Notes: generated by a model not told the origin, from the letters alone. Positions 25,371 through 42,170 are shown, numbered from the stretch's first letter. The stretch: DNA of 64,000 bases from Eledone cirrhosa (GCA_964016885.1 OZ024753.1:38998001-39062000), one strand, 5' to 3'. A program made the numbers and translations.

Positions 25371-26025
25371 TACTGTGATGCAGTCAAAGTGTCAGCATGT
25401 AGGTTAGAAGAATGTGCTGCTAACTCGATCACATGTTGTACAGGACATTAAGCGATAATTCTCAGAAAGAAGACATGGATCAGGAAATAATCACTCTCAG
25501 CGTGGTTGGTTGTAATGTAATCAAATCTATCGCAAACGACGCCATATTTGACTTGATATCAAAGAATTAACGATACTGCGACTATATAAATCGTTAGATA
25601 AGAGCAGACATATATTTCTGAATCATATTAAGAGACACAGGTTGATGGCATGGATTGATACAAGTTTCAACAACTACACAAATGACAAATGACAATTTTG
25701 TATGGATAGCCAACAGTACCAGTTTTGCCATAGTGATAGTAAAATCTCAAAACAGAAACTCTCAACGCCACTAAGTAGGAGAAAAATATTAGAATAAAAT
25801 AAATAAAAAATCTCCGTTGATCTCTAGAAGAAATCTCTCTCTTCTCCGATTACAAACGAAAGCAATTACTGAACTTTGCCCAGCTCGAGTCTAGGATTAT
25901 GGTTTAGATACTTGTTCTAATTTTTTTCCAACATCTTTCAACTGGGATGGATTATAAGACCATATGTTAGATTGCAAATCAAAGTGAAGCAAAGAGATAG
26001 TGAGTGAGAGAAAATGGAGAAAAAG

Positions 26026-26120
<95 letters not shown>

Positions 26121-26146
26121 AATATATATATATATGTATACATATG

Positions 26147-26177
<31 letters not shown>

Positions 26178-26214
26178 GTATATATATGTATATATATATA
26201 TATGTATACATATG

Positions 26215-26245
<31 letters not shown>

Positions 26246-26300
26246 GTATATATATGTATATATATATATATGTATATATATATATGTGTGTGTGTATATT

Positions 26301-26418
<118 letters not shown>

Positions 26419-27154
26419 CATACATACATACATACATAGATACATACATAGATATTTTGTGCAGAACGAAGGAAATGTAGAGGAGAGTGAGCGAAATACA
26501 GGAGTCATAAAACATAAAACAGAAATAAACAATTTAAGACACAAATACAAATAAAACAAAAAAAATATCCATTTATAATCAGCGGGAAAAGACGAATAGA
26601 TAAATTTTCATCCATAATTAGAAGAGATTATTCGAGAAAATTATGATGAGTAAGAATGGAATATAATGTGAAAAGCAGAAAGAGAGTTAACAGCATCAAA
26701 ACCAACTTTGTTACAAACTCCCTAAACCATACTTCACAGACAATTGGCGCCAAGAATCACAGGATTGATTAGTTATGCATCTGGTGGTTTCTTTTTTTTT
26801 TTGTGTGTATGTGTTTATGTGTTTATATGTTTGTGTGTGTTTTGTTTTCTGGCAAATCTATAGACAAGTTTTCTGAGCGATTGAATCAACAGATTAATAC
26901 ACAATAAATACTATGTCCAAAGTAAATCTAAAATGTGGAAGAGATGTATTTATCCAATACATCGTTCGCATACACTTACATATACATCATACAAACTCTT
27001 GAAATTTTATCCCAACCTTTGAAATTTGAGAAAGTATGACAATAAGAAAGTGTGACTTGTGATTTTGTTTTAAAATATTTTTCATTGCTCTTCATCGGAT
27101 AAATTATATTCTTACATCTCATCCAGCATGTATTAATATTATAATAGCTATTCT

Positions 27155-27470
27155 GATTATTTGGCAGGATCGGAAGAGGGCCAAACAAAATGCTGTGCAG
27201 TATAGAGTTATGGCACTTTGCATTCTGAATTCAAATTCCGCGGAGGTTTGTTTGACCTCTCATATCTACGGGGGGGGGGGGGGGGTCGAAAAGTACCCGT
27301 AACACACTGGAATCGATTTGATCGATATTCCCCTCCCCGATATGGTTTGTAATGGGCCTAAATCTGAAACCATTATTATTTGGCAGTATCGGTAGAGAGT
27401 CGGACACCATGCTTTGTAGCATAGAGTTATGTCCCTTTACAGTCTGAGTTCAAATCCCGCCGAGATTAAC
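27155..27470 (+). mobile_element. SINE family A, degenerate copy plus 5' half copy
   Basis: TTGGCAG.ATCGG.AGAG heads at ~27161 and ~27380. Confidence 0.75.
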
Positions 27471-27497
27471 TATATACATACACACACACATGCACGA

Positions 27498-27528
<31 letters not shown>

Positions 27529-27534
27529 CACATA

Positions 27535-28121
27535 CATGGTGGCTGCCAACTCGTTTTCGAGTACGGCCACTACTTTATATCCATGTAGGAGAACCCCCAC
27601 CGATGCGCTGAACAAGTGTCACTTTTTAGTCCAGCCAGCGACTTGAAAACTCTGGTACAAACACTACACTTGTGACAATTATTGGCACATAGTGCTGGGC
27701 CCATGGTACCATGTGATGACAAGTGCAGAGAGACCTCCAGATATAAAGCAATGCCTGTGCCGTGAAGCTTTTATAGTGAGCAAAGGCACTGCACAAAGCC
27801 AGTCCCACTCTCTTAACCAATATGATATTTACCAAAAAGAGGAACAAGTCAACATCATTGGATACCATCAGGGTTGCAGGTGTTATATCAGAGTTTTCCT
27901 TCTAGAATTCTGCCTTGACAAAGGCTAAGGGGTCATCTCTCCCGGTGATTTTGGATGGCCATTGACTCTTAAGAGCTCCTTTACCCTTTGACAGGTTTTG
28001 TTTTTAGTCCTGCAGGATGTCCAAAGTCACCCTCCTCACCAAGAAACCTTGGTGGGGTTGCCAGTTTTGTCGTCAACGACCCGACCATGGGACAGGTTGT
28101 ACTGGAATACATGTTACCAGT

Positions 28122-28122
<1 letters not shown>
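27535..28122 (-). mobile_element. Non-autonomous bipartite RTE derivative, copy 1 (longest)
   Basis: Minus strand carries an RTE 5'UTR-like motif (GAAGGAAAACTCTGAT), a terminal finger remnant HKCSVCTRVFKSLAGLKS..., and the tail TGGCCGTACTCGAAAACGAGTTGGCAGCCACC(ATGT)n. Confidence 0.8.
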
Positions 28123-28218
<96 letters not shown>

Positions 28219-28999
28219 ATGGAGAATAGGATGGCTGTGAAGTTGCTTAAAATAGAATAAGAATAAGAAGAAAGCAAGAACGGGGTGGGGAAAGTTTTCC
28301 TCATCAGTTGTCTACTGGTGGTCTCGGTTATATATATATATATATATACAGTGTCGGACTGGGTCTAAAAATATTGGTTGCCAGAAGATGAAGGGTGCCC
28401 AGCTATATATAGAATGCTATTATTTAATTTTTATAATGAATAGTTGGAAGAATCATAGACGGTGGTGACCCTGGTCTGAAGTTCGATCCTAGTCACGAGT
28501 AGGTTTCCCGGTAATCTTTTTCAGGTATTTTTTCTATGAGATGTAAAATAAAAACTGAAAAGATTAGATGTACCTCTCGGCCAGGATTGAACCCAAGACC
28601 AGGACCTCCACCGTCTCTAGGACCTACCGATAGGCCACTGAGACAGCTACGAAAATCTTTTGAAAATTCATACTTATAAACTTACTTTCAAAATTATCAA
28701 AACAAAAGTATGTGCTGTCGTTCATGTCTTTCTTAATATTATTGCTCCTACTTAAGGTCGACTTATAAATCATTTGGGTGTTTCATAAACTACATCCTCG
28801 TTTTGTTTCTCATCTATCTAGACTATATTTTAACCTGTAATCCATGTTTCATTTATGTTGCACCTTATTTCTCCCCTCCTTCCCCCTCTCTTTCTTAGAT
28901 ACTACAGATTTCTGTGATACTTGAATCTACTATGATTTGGGCTTACTTTATTCATATATATATGTTTTTGCTGTCAGATTCAAACTTACAATCATTGGC

Positions 29000-29033
<34 letters not shown>

Positions 29034-29332
29034 TATATATATATGTACACATATACATATAAATATCCCTCCTTATATACATACAATCATACATACATAC
29101 ATTCATACATACAAACATATATACATAAGTACGTACAATTGTATTTTAGTTTCATTTTCTCCTAACATCCATCTATTTATACATCCAGCTATCAATCTAT
29201 CTTTCTATTTAGCTATCTATGTATCTACGTATCTATATGTCATTTTACACACACACACACACACACTCACACACATACACACGCACACACACAGACACAC
29301 ACAGAGACAGACACACACACAGACACACACAA

Positions 29333-29363
<31 letters not shown>

Positions 29364-30825
29364 CATACACGTATGTATTTATCTCTCCGAATATGTTCAT
29401 CCCCATCCACTCATTTTATCACCTCTCTCCCCACACCCCAATATCTTACACTCAAAAATGCTTTATTTCTCCATCAGTCATTCCTCAAACCATATTCACA
29501 CGCACACACACACACACACACTCACACACACGCATAAACAAGCAAACAAACAAACACATACACACATCTCAGTTTTCAACTGTATATCTCGTTTCTTATT
29601 TAGTTCTCTTTCTCATTCTTCCCTTGTACAATCTGACTTTCATTTACCCATACATACACACATGCAAACATACATAAGGATAACTGTCTATCTTGGACCA
29701 ACAATCAGTATATTAGCCCTCGAGCAAGGCAAATAAAATGTATTTCTCAAAGACACAACACCCTGCTGGGAATTGAACTCGTGACTTTACGATCGTGTGT
29801 CGAAGACTCCTTTAGAACAAAACTAGGCTCCTTCACAAGGAGCCTTCACAATAAATAAATAGCATATAAGGTACATTCTTTTCTTACATAGACATCTTAT
29901 TCATAGCGAAAAGCAATACTGGCAATAGCTAGGAGTCTAATCCTGCGATGGATTGATGTCCTGTCCAGGAGGGAGTCTTGTACTTTCAGTCGTTTCATGC
30001 CGCCGAAAATGGAACAAGCAGCGGTCTGATGATCCTCCGGATACGTGACAGAAGCTAGATATTTAAGGAGATCTTGTAAGCGACATTCTTTTTTCGCTTT
30101 TACTCTTTGTTTGTCATTTCATTTTCAGCAGAGCATCTCCTAAAAAGCAGTAAATTGGGCGGCAAAATCTTTAGAGCATCGTATTGAAAATACCTCGGTA
30201 TTTGCTCCGGTTCATTGCATACAAAGTTCCAATTAAGGCTAGGTCAATATTACATTTTTTCCTATCGATATCGATTAATAATCTACCAGTCTACTACTAG
30301 GTACAATTGTTTCTTTATCTATCTCTCCCTTTCCTTCTCCTTCTTGAAGAAATCGTCTGTAATCAGACCAGGAGAGGGATGTGTTCCACGAGGTTTCTAA
30401 AATACCCAAGACGTATGTCAGGACAACTCCTCTACAACTTCCCCAGGATTAAAGGATACTTTTCCTTTTTTTTTCTCTCTTTCTAATCTCTCCACTATTA
30501 ACATCATCGTTACTGAGCTTGTTCTTGACACTTAGGAAGTGTGTATAATAAATAGATAGCCCATGTAATCTTTTACCCCAGGGACACCTTATAAGCATCA
30601 TCCAAGTCTTCGTTTTTGTTTGTTCGTCATTCATTTTTCCGCCATATTTCTTTTGTTACATTTCAACTGTATATATACGTCTGCTTCAAAACAAAGCATT
30701 ACAATATACATGTGCCTTTGTATTATGTCTATGGAAGGGTTTTACTAAAGTCTCTCCCCTTTTCTCTCTCAATCGACAACATTCTCCCTCTCTCTACATT
30801 CCAGTCACTCTCTTTCACTCATCAC

Positions 30826-30888
<63 letters not shown>

Positions 30889-31162
30889 ACATTACTAAAC
30901 TGTCTTTCACTCATCACCCTTCTCCTCTCTCTCTTTCACTCATCCTCCCCCTCTCTCTCTCTGCCGACTTCTCTCTCTTTCTCACTTCCCAGTTCTATAT
31001 AACATTATTATTTTAATCGAGTTGCCGTCATTGTTTCCTTCTTTAAGTTACATCCAGTCTTTGTTTCATTCTCTTTTCATCTGGCCTTCTTCATACAGGA
31101 TTATTTATTTCTATTTCCGTCTATTATTTAATCATCTTCTTTACTTGCATTATTATAACTAT

Positions 31163-31430
31163 ACGGGGCCTATAAAATGAAGTACCAGTAATGCACTGCG
31201 GGTAATTCCTGGCCTTGTGCCAAAAGTAGAAACAATTATTAATACTATACATGCTTTACAGCATATAATTACAGCCCTTTACGATCTGACTTCAAATCCC
31301 GCCGAGGTTAACTTTGCTTTTCATCCTTACGGGGTCGATAAAATAAAGTACGAGTAATGCACTGGGTGATTTAATTGTCTTTCCCCTTACCCCAAAATTG
31401 CTGGCCTTGTGCCTAAATCAGAAACCATTA
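31163..31430 (+). mobile_element. SINE family A fragments (3' piece plus 5'-truncated copy)
   Basis: Family A body and tail motifs; (TTA)n tail. Confidence 0.8.
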
Positions 31431-31549
31431 TTATTATTATTATTATTATTATATTGTTGTTAATTAGATTGTGGTTTTCATTGTTTCGTTTTATTGTTGT
31501 CCCATTGTATTGTCTCGTTTTTCCTCTCGGATATCTCTTGTTCATAAGT

Positions 31550-31606
<57 letters not shown>

Positions 31607-32747
31607 GCCAGTCGTTATCATTGTTGAAGGGTGTAGTAAGTGAATAAGTCGTGCACTTGTCAGATGTCCTGTATTTATCGTTCAATTGTCCAGTTAACGC
31701 CACAACGCCTTCCCACGCCATTTACATTGTATGTCGTATCTCATGAGATTTGCCGAAATGTTGTAGACTTAGGGATAAAAGCTGCACGATTCGCCGGGAG
31801 ATGGCGCGCAGTTTAAGACATTTCTTGATCCATGTCTCCATGTTGAAGCTCCTGTGTTCCTAAGGGAAAATTATCATATGTCTCACCCTGAGAAAATGAC
31901 TATATTTCTTTAATTATTTTAGTTCTTTTTTACCCTCCTTCAACACAATATTGTTTGATTATTCAATTCATTGTAGCTCCAATATACATGTGTTTTAACA
32001 TCAAAACATTGTGAAATTGATTTTAAAAAGTCAACTATTCCTTCCACCCCCTCTCTGCTTTATCACTTAGAACAGTAAATTGAACAAAACGCAGATCGTA
32101 TCTTACATCAGAAGGAGATATTCATTAAAATTCAATTTAAAAAACCAAAAATGAGCTGTCTTTTCTGATTAAGAAAACGATTTTTCTCATTTCACTGATA
32201 TAGGGAATTATATTCTTTGCAAAATAATTTTCACAGATTTTTCATCATGCCTTTTTCATTGGCTGATGTGAAATAGGATTAAAACAGGAAAACAATAGTA
32301 GAGTCTAAACGGTAAAAATAATTGAAGTGGGAGAATAAAAAAAAAAACGAAAAAAATAAACAAAAAAAAGTAACAAATACAATGTGATTTTTATTAATAT
32401 GTTTAAGAAATTTAATACTAAAAGGAATGACAGTTATTAAAAGTTAAAACATTAGCAGTGTTTGTATAATAAATAAGAAAATAAATGAAGTGTAAAAAAG
32501 AAGGAAGGAAGCGCTCCTAAGTTCAGTTACATCAAAAACATTAGGAAGCTTTTTAAAATAAATATTTGCATTCGACTAAATAAATAAAATCGAAAGTTAA
32601 ATTTAGATTTCGATTCAACCGAAGATTTGAGCTTTGCAGTGTACAATATACACTCTCGTAGATTAACTGTAGCGCATCATCAGTAGTAGTGGATTAAGGG
32701 TAAGAGGAAGGCTGAATGGTTTGTAGTCAAAGGCCAACAATATTTAA

Positions 32748-32968
32748 CCCTTTAGCATTTGAATTACTCTATATTTACTATTGTATTTTTACGGTAAAGG
32801 CTTTACCTTATATAATTATCTCACATAATATCGAATCTATGAGATTTTGATATTATTTATTTCGAGAAAAATACCTTAATTTCTTTATGAGTGACCGGTT
32901 ATGGCCAGTTTGAACAGAAAGAGGTGAGAGAATTCTGGCCGGATATGGCCGGTTTAAATGCTAAGGTG
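32748..32968. mobile_element. piggyBac-type MITE, copy 2
   Basis: TTAA|CCCTTTAGCATTT...AAATGCTAAGGTG|TTAA; internal homology to 8355-8536. Confidence 0.75.
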
Positions 32969-33483
32969 TTAAAGGGATCGTTATAAAATGTACTTTCACA
33001 GGGGTTCATTGGGTTGATTGGGTCCAAACTTCCGTCTCAGTGATAAAAACCAAGAGGCCATCCCTGTTTATAAAGAAGCCACCTTGTCGTTCTCCATGGG
33101 CCCTCCGTTCGCAGATTACATCAATAGCCAAATTTATTTCTAGATTACACACATGGCCCGTTATACACTTTAGCAAGTAAATTATTTAACAGGTAATAAA
33201 CTAAATATCATAAGTCAGATATTCCTATTTCTACCTCAACAAAGGCTTCCATATTGGTATAACATAAAAGTAAAGAGTGTTCTTATATGGAGACCGAGGT
33301 AGGTGTGGCCTGACGAGAGATTAGAATACATATGGCGAGACTATATATAGGCTTATTATATATACACATGATGAATATATGTATATATACACCGTATTTC
33401 TCAACTACGCTATGTCAGTGCCCAATCTAACAACCATACACATTAATAGACAGACACACATACTCAAACATCACTCTCTCTCT

Positions 33484-33573
<90 letters not shown>

Positions 33574-33688
33574 TTATATATATATACTTGTATGTGTGTT
33601 AGTGAGTGTATGTGTTTACCTATATAGACATAAACACATATAAATTATAGACATGCACACACTCACACGAATATTTCCATCCACACAT

Positions 33689-33813
<125 letters not shown>

Positions 33814-34375
33814 AATACAGTTACCTGATGTGACGTGCTGAGATACATACATATAGGCCGTGTCACATCCCCTAATATCAAAATTAATGCTGTTTGAGAC
33901 GTTGACCTCTGAGAAAACAACCTTTCGCCCTTTTCAGATAAAAGAATTAAGGACAGTAATAGAAGATGACTCTTCGAATTAAATATTCATATCACATTCT
34001 TTGAAAACTATTCTGATTGTAATTCTAGAGTACTTCTTCGATTAGAAATACAAGAGGATTCACAGTATAACGCAAACATACGCGATGGATTTTAGTTTTA
34101 GTTTCGGTAGCTTCAATATCTAAATCTTGAAATATACGTTGAAATATAAATCAAAAAAAATCCGCCGCTGCCTAGATGTAGGTGCGAGATAGAATTGATT
34201 CTTCGTCCATGTGTGAGGAGATGTAAAAAAAAGAGTTTTGAGAGGACTTGAACTCAGACTGAAGAGGAATGTAAAGTGGTATTGAGAAATATTTAGATTT
34301 GATCTATTTTAATTTTGTTGTTGAAAGGAATAAATAATAAATGGAAAAGAAAGGGGCTGGCTATCAGATTGGACC

Positions 34376-34415
<40 letters not shown>

Positions 34416-34637
34416 GGAGAGAGAGAGAGGGGGGTGGAGGAGAAAGAGAGAGATATGCATTATGAATATACATACATACATTATATATATAGTAATAATA
34501 GTAAATGCGAAGACTAAAATCCAAAGAGGGCTCAATAAGGATAAATATATATCAAATATATAAGAACACTAGAGCAAATATATATATATATATATATATA
34601 TACATACACACAGGAACACACATTCACGCCCCCACCC

Positions 34638-34672
<35 letters not shown>

Positions 34673-35156
34673 TACTTACATACATACATATCTGTTGCGA
34701 ATCTGTTCTGTGTATATATAAGTTTTCATTTAAATTCATGGCAAACAAAATCTTCTGTGCATTAAATTATAACAAAATCACGTGGTTTTTGTTTCCTTTT
34801 CAAATATATTTTAAGTAAAATCTAAATTTAAGAACTTTCTTTTAAAAATTATTTGACAAAACCTTTTCCTGTTCTAGCAGGAAATCTTCCAATCTACATT
34901 CTATTACTATGGAAATGAAAGGAAAAAGATTCTAATTTAACATAGTGCCTGACACTATCCACTAACACACGCACACAGAGACACACACACACTCACACGC
35001 ACACACACATCCATCCATATATATGTATCTTACATGTATATATATATATATATATATCTATGTATTTACATATACGTATATATATATATATAAATATATA
35101 TATAATATGTCTATGTATATATATATATATATATATAAATATATATATAATATGTG

Positions 35157-35223
<67 letters not shown>

Positions 35224-35410
35224 TATGAACAAAAGCAGTGCCAAAATTTATTTGCAATAATGAAATAAATACGACGAGAAATTCGACATAAATTAGAACA
35301 TGAGTTTTTATTCCCCTTGGAATTTGAAGTAGAACATACAGTCATCACATGTTTATTACTTTGCAGTATTGTCTTAATTTACTGTGATTGTGTCAGCAAC
35401 AAATTTGTTT

Positions 35411-36520
<1,110 letters not shown>

Positions 36521-36980
36521 TATATGTGTGTGTCTGTTTATCTTTAAAAATTATTCATTTCCAACGAATATTATTTATTATATATAAATATGAAAATATA
36601 TTTTCCTTGTATGCAGTAATTATTTTTTCGTGCATTCTTAATATAACAATAACGTGAACATTTTAACTTTTCAAATTTGGAATTCTAAAAAAAAAAAAAA
36701 TTATTTCCATCTCAGGAGAAAACTTCTTATGTTTTTATAATGTATTATTAATATTGTTGTTGCTGTTCTTGTTGTTGTACTCCTTATATTGCCTCTCCCT
36801 CATCCACCTCCCTCAGATATCTCACCTCATCTCACTCTATCTCTCTCACATTGTCTCGTCCTCTATTTCCCCCTCTCTCGTTAGATACCTCTTGCACCCT
36901 GTTCTTATCTGTCTGTCTTTTACTCTCTCCGTTACTTTCCTACATTCTCTCTCTCTCTCTCCCGATATCTCTCCCACCGC

Positions 36981-37021
<41 letters not shown>

Positions 37022-37243
37022 GATCGAATGTGATTATGTTTATTATTATTCACAGAAAGGCATTTTATTTTACTCAAACGCCGACTGAATTCCTTATTAA
37101 AAGTTAATTTTTTATGTATTGCCATCAAATAAAATGTGCATAATTATAAGCCTGTTTGTTATAACTGCTGTTCTATATCAAAGATCATACCTTTTTTACA
37201 TATGCCTCTATACACTGGTGTATATATCTGTATGGATATAATG

Positions 37244-37288
<45 letters not shown>

Positions 37289-37315
37289 CAGGTTATATAT
37301 ATATATATATATATA

Positions 37316-37434
37316 ACCTGTCCACTCAATATCATGCAACACACATTTTCAGACGAAGGACTAGTGTCTTATACGTTAAGGCTCTTGGCCTACTATATCA
37401 AGAATTAAACTCAAATATATCTTCATTCTTCTGC

Positions 37435-37496
<62 letters not shown>

Positions 37497-37648
37497 GACA
37501 GGGGGGAAGAAAAAATGGCTTCACTTGTGCTTTCAACAAATTTATTTTCTTCACAAAATCCAAAAAGAATTTTTCTTAAAAAAAAAAAAAAAAAAAAAAA
37601 TCCCCCCTGTCTTAATATACCTAACTGTACCAAGGATTACACACATTT

Positions 37649-37739
<91 letters not shown>

Positions 37740-37895
37740 TGCTAATAGGAGACGGAAGACAAGAAAGCAGACAACGCGCAGAAGAATGAAGATATATTTG
37801 AGTTTAATTCTTTATATAGTAGGCCAAGAGCCTTAACGTATAAGACACTAGTCCTTCGTCTGAAAATGTGTGTTACATGATATTGAGTGGACAGG
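37316..37895. mobile_element. Convergent pair of a ~120-160 bp TA-associated element enclosing a third fold-back fragment
   Basis: 37316-37435 (+) and 37737-37895 (-) are near-identical inverted copies. The inner insert has ATTAAGACAGGGGG/CCCCCTGTCTTAAT arms. Confidence 0.75.
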
Positions 37896-38498
37896 CTGGT
37901 TAGTTGTTAAGCTCTTGATCATATGTTTGATCGATCGATTTTTAACGGCACATTGTGTCTTTGGGTCTTATAATATATTTCACCTCTATCCAGTTTACTT
38001 AGGAAAAGTTCGTTATAAATTTAAAGGGATAGCTGAGACTGATTAAGAATTACGTTATGGCGTCTTATTTCGGTGGAATGCTCAGACACTTGCGCATTAA
38101 TTTCATGAGCAGGCTGTTAATTTGTTCAAACAACGACGACGGAGATTTAACACACATACATACACTCACACACACGCATACATACAACCGCACAATCACA
38201 AACACACACCTGCGCGCATACACACACACACTTTCTGTAGTTTATCCAACCATTGTTTCCTTTCCAGACACAACTATTTATAGACATGACACCGAAGGCT
38301 ACGGGGAACCAAGACGTGGTCAGAACGCTAATGTTTCATTGAACTTTCTGATAAAAAAAAAACCCAAACTAACTAATCTCACCTGTGGAGGTGTAGTAGT
38401 AACGTTGTACGTAATTGTGTTTAAACTGTATACACAAGCAAATATCCTTACAACACATTTTCACAGTTCTCATTTTTCAAAGCGAAGAAGCAAATGAA

Positions 38499-38537
<39 letters not shown>

Positions 38538-38611
38538 AAATCATTAATAACGGGTGGTCGACATTCTATAGAAAATTATCCAAATTCATAATTATTATTG
38601 TATAATAGGAA

Positions 38612-38930
38612 AAGGTGGTGGATTAGCAGTAATCGGTAGAGCGGTGCCAGACACCATGCTTTGCAGCATAGAGTAACAGCCCTTTATGTTCTGAGTTCAA
38701 ATCCTGCCGAAGTTAACTTTGCCTTTCATCCGTACAGGGTCGATAAAATAAAGTACCTGTAATGCACTGAGGGTATTTGCTGGCCTTGCGCCTAAATCAG
38801 AAACCATTATAACTGAGATTAGCTTCGCCCTTCATCCGTCCATGGTCATTAAAAAAAAAAATACCAGTAAAATATTGGGGTTGATTTTATCAACTTCCAT
38901 AATATTTGCTAGACTGAAACCATTAATAAT
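38612..38930 (+). mobile_element. SINE family A copy plus degenerate 3' fragment
   Basis: Family A motifs. Confidence 0.8.
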
Positions 38931-40092
38931 GTTTTTGTTAGTTGTTATCGAAGTTTAATTATTGCCAATCAAAGCAGATCAATTATGGTTCTTATTAACA
39001 TAATTATGAAAGCTTCATTAATTAATAATGTCCAAGCATATTTTAGTTATTATTAATACAGGTATATTATTATCACATATTATAACATATCTGAACGTAT
39101 ATACGTTATAGTCCAGTTAACTAACATTTGAAAATATATTTAAACACGTTCGTATACCCATTTCGAATAATATGTTTTCCTAACTCGATAGTATGTATAT
39201 TAATTACTTCACTCACATTCTCCTTGTATGGGCATTTACAGATTTACAAACATACCGTTCGATACAAATAATTTCAGAAACTATATAATGAATTTATTTC
39301 GTAAATGAAAAAACAAAAAAAACAAATTTGCATATTCCATTAAACTGAAGAGAAAATTTCTAATGATAATAAAAAAACAAAACAAACGTAATGGTGCTTT
39401 TTAATTTCGTGATTGAAATAGATGTAAGACAGTATTGTCTGAGAGATAGTTCTGGTTAATAGGCACCAGCAGTGTCATGGTGCTGTCAGCAGCAAACGAT
39501 CTTCTGATTGCCAACAGTTGACACATATTTTCCATTTAGACAATCGATTAATGCAGATGATGTTTGTAGAAATGCCATGTTGGAATGGCCAAGCTAGAGT
39601 GATTATAGGCAGAGGTCAAAGAAGTGGGCTACAGTGAAATAAGACTTAACAATTATTCCAAGGAAGTGGGCTATATAGTGAGACAATCAAAACGGAATTC
39701 ACACAAATACACACACAGAAACAAACTAAAATACGTACAAATAAACAGATACATAGCAAGAATGATCGTTCACAGACAGTTGGAAAAATTTGGAACAAAT
39801 ATTTAAAAGAAATAGTTGCGAAAAAATAATGTTATTTATTTATATTTTTTAATTTATTCATCTTTTTAATTTTTCATTTTCCTAGTATTTTGCAGAGATT
39901 TTTTTCATCGTATTTTTATTTTTTCTTATATTTTTTCCTTGTTTTTACTTCCTAGCTTTTAATTTTTCTTCTTCCAAATTTCTACGTTTAAGTTAATGTA
40001 TACGGAATATTTTCTAACGAGAAATAATAACAAACACAAACTTTCAAACAAAATAGTAAAACATTATAACAGAAAATTAGACTTAACACTAT

Positions 40093-40161
<69 letters not shown>

Positions 40162-41841
40162 AATAATAGTAATATGATTAAAAGACTCAACATTTTTTAA
40201 TTGTCGTTGTATAAAATCTTAATTTATTTTCTTATGAATTCTAAAATAATTTTTTTTAAGCACACATTTTTAAAGGCTTCTTCTGAAGTTGTTGCACTGT
40301 CTCTTCTCAAACTAAGACAGCTACAAAACCAAAACAAATAAAACAAACTACTCTTTATATATTTCATGTTCTCATACCTATTCATTTCCTTCTTGCCTTT
40401 CAATTTGTATTATTATCATCACCATTACCATTGTTATTGGTGTTGGTGATGTTGTTGGTGTTGGTGATGATGATGTTGGTGTTGGTGTTGGTGATGATGA
40501 TGTTGGTGTGGTTGTTGGTGTTGTTATTTAATCAGGAGTGTTTAAGAAGATAGAGTAATTAAAACCAGCAAAATAACATTATGAAGTTTAATGATCTACT
40601 GCTTTTAGCGTTTGTCGTTGTCTCCGTGTTAAACTAAAGAAGAAGAAGAAGAAGAAGAAGAAGAAGAAGAAGAAGAAGAAGAAGAAGAAGAAGAAGAAGA
40701 ACTTTAGATAAACAAGAAAAAGGAGGAGAATAAGAAGAAACTTTGAAAGATCTTTGAAATAGAAAACGTGCATTTAAAATGTGATTATATATGTATAGTA
40801 ATAGAAAGCAAGGGAGGTAAGGCAGTAAGAAACGAATAAATACAGAATGGAGCCAAGCAAAGGAAGTATGAAAAATGTAAAAAATAAAATTTGAAAAACA
40901 AAATAATAACAACAACAACAACAATAACAACAACAACAACAAAATATAAATTAACTAAAAAAAGAACATAAAGACAACAAAAATGACAACAACAGTAACA
41001 ACAATTATTAGAACAACAACGACAACAATAAAGATAACAACAACAATAACAACAACAACAACAGTAACCACGAATAATAGAACAACAACAACAACAACGA
41101 GATCAACCTGAACTGAATTCCAAATAGTTCTAAAAATTTAAAACTGATTATTGATCAGAAAAGTGATTAAAATGAACAAATAAATAAATAAATAAATAAA
41201 AAATTAAGAGAAGAATCGAGAGAAGAAACGAGAGAGAAACGAGAGAAGAAACGAGAGTAGAAACGAGAGAGAAATATAGAACAAATTTTTTTCTGTGTGT
41301 TTTTGTCTTGTTTTTTTTAAATATACGCATTAAAAAGTCAAAATAAACTATATAAAATCTGAACGTGTCGGTGTTTGATCAAAAGAACTGGAAGGACATG
41401 TAAGCTAAAGAAAAACAAATCTTTATAGATAGAAAAGAACAACAACAGTAACATCAACAACATCAACAACAACAATAATAAAAACGTGAATAACAGCAAC
41501 AACAGCAACAACAATAACAATAGCAAGGTGACGAGACCATTGGTGGCAACTATAATGTATCATAAAACGGTAAAAATACATGATTTAGGATATAAAAATT
41601 TTCTAGAAAGGAGGTGGGGGTAGAAGTTGGGGGTTTGAGGGGGTTGGGGTTGGGGGGGGGGGGAGTGGGGTGGAGTAAATGCCTCATCAAATATATAATA
41701 CGATATAAAATATAAAATATATATATATATATATAAAAAGATATGATAAAATTCATAAAAGAAAGGAAAGAAAATATAAATACTGGAGTACTGAGAAGAT
41801 GACACAATGATAAGGAAATTGGTAAAGACGAATAGAAAGAT

Positions 41842-41908
<67 letters not shown>

Positions 41909-42170
41909 AGAAGAAGAAGAAGAAGAAGAAGAAGAAGAAGAAGAAGAAGAAGAAGAAGAAGAAGACCTGACCTGGTAACAGTCGATAATATCAACAAAGC
42001 AGACGTCTAAAGATAAAAGATTGTAAAATTTACTCAAAGATTACTTGTTATTCTATCAACATCTTCCCTCCATATATAATGTATGGTGCTAAGGTGGCTC
42101 ATTTCAAATTTAGAGTAGAATGTTCATGTTTTCTTTTTGGAAACTGCATCCATTTATATATCTATCTATC

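Noticed and set aside
28060-28110. HDV-like ribozyme at the 5' end of the bipartite RTE derivative
   Set aside because: CCAGT/ACTGG pairing and a GG..CTAA segment (in copy 3) are suggestive, but I could not build P1/P3/L3 consistently by eye.
31610-31862. GC-richer island with a possible minus-strand acceptor and short reading frame
   Set aside because: No recognisable protein motif in any frame; could be an old repeat.
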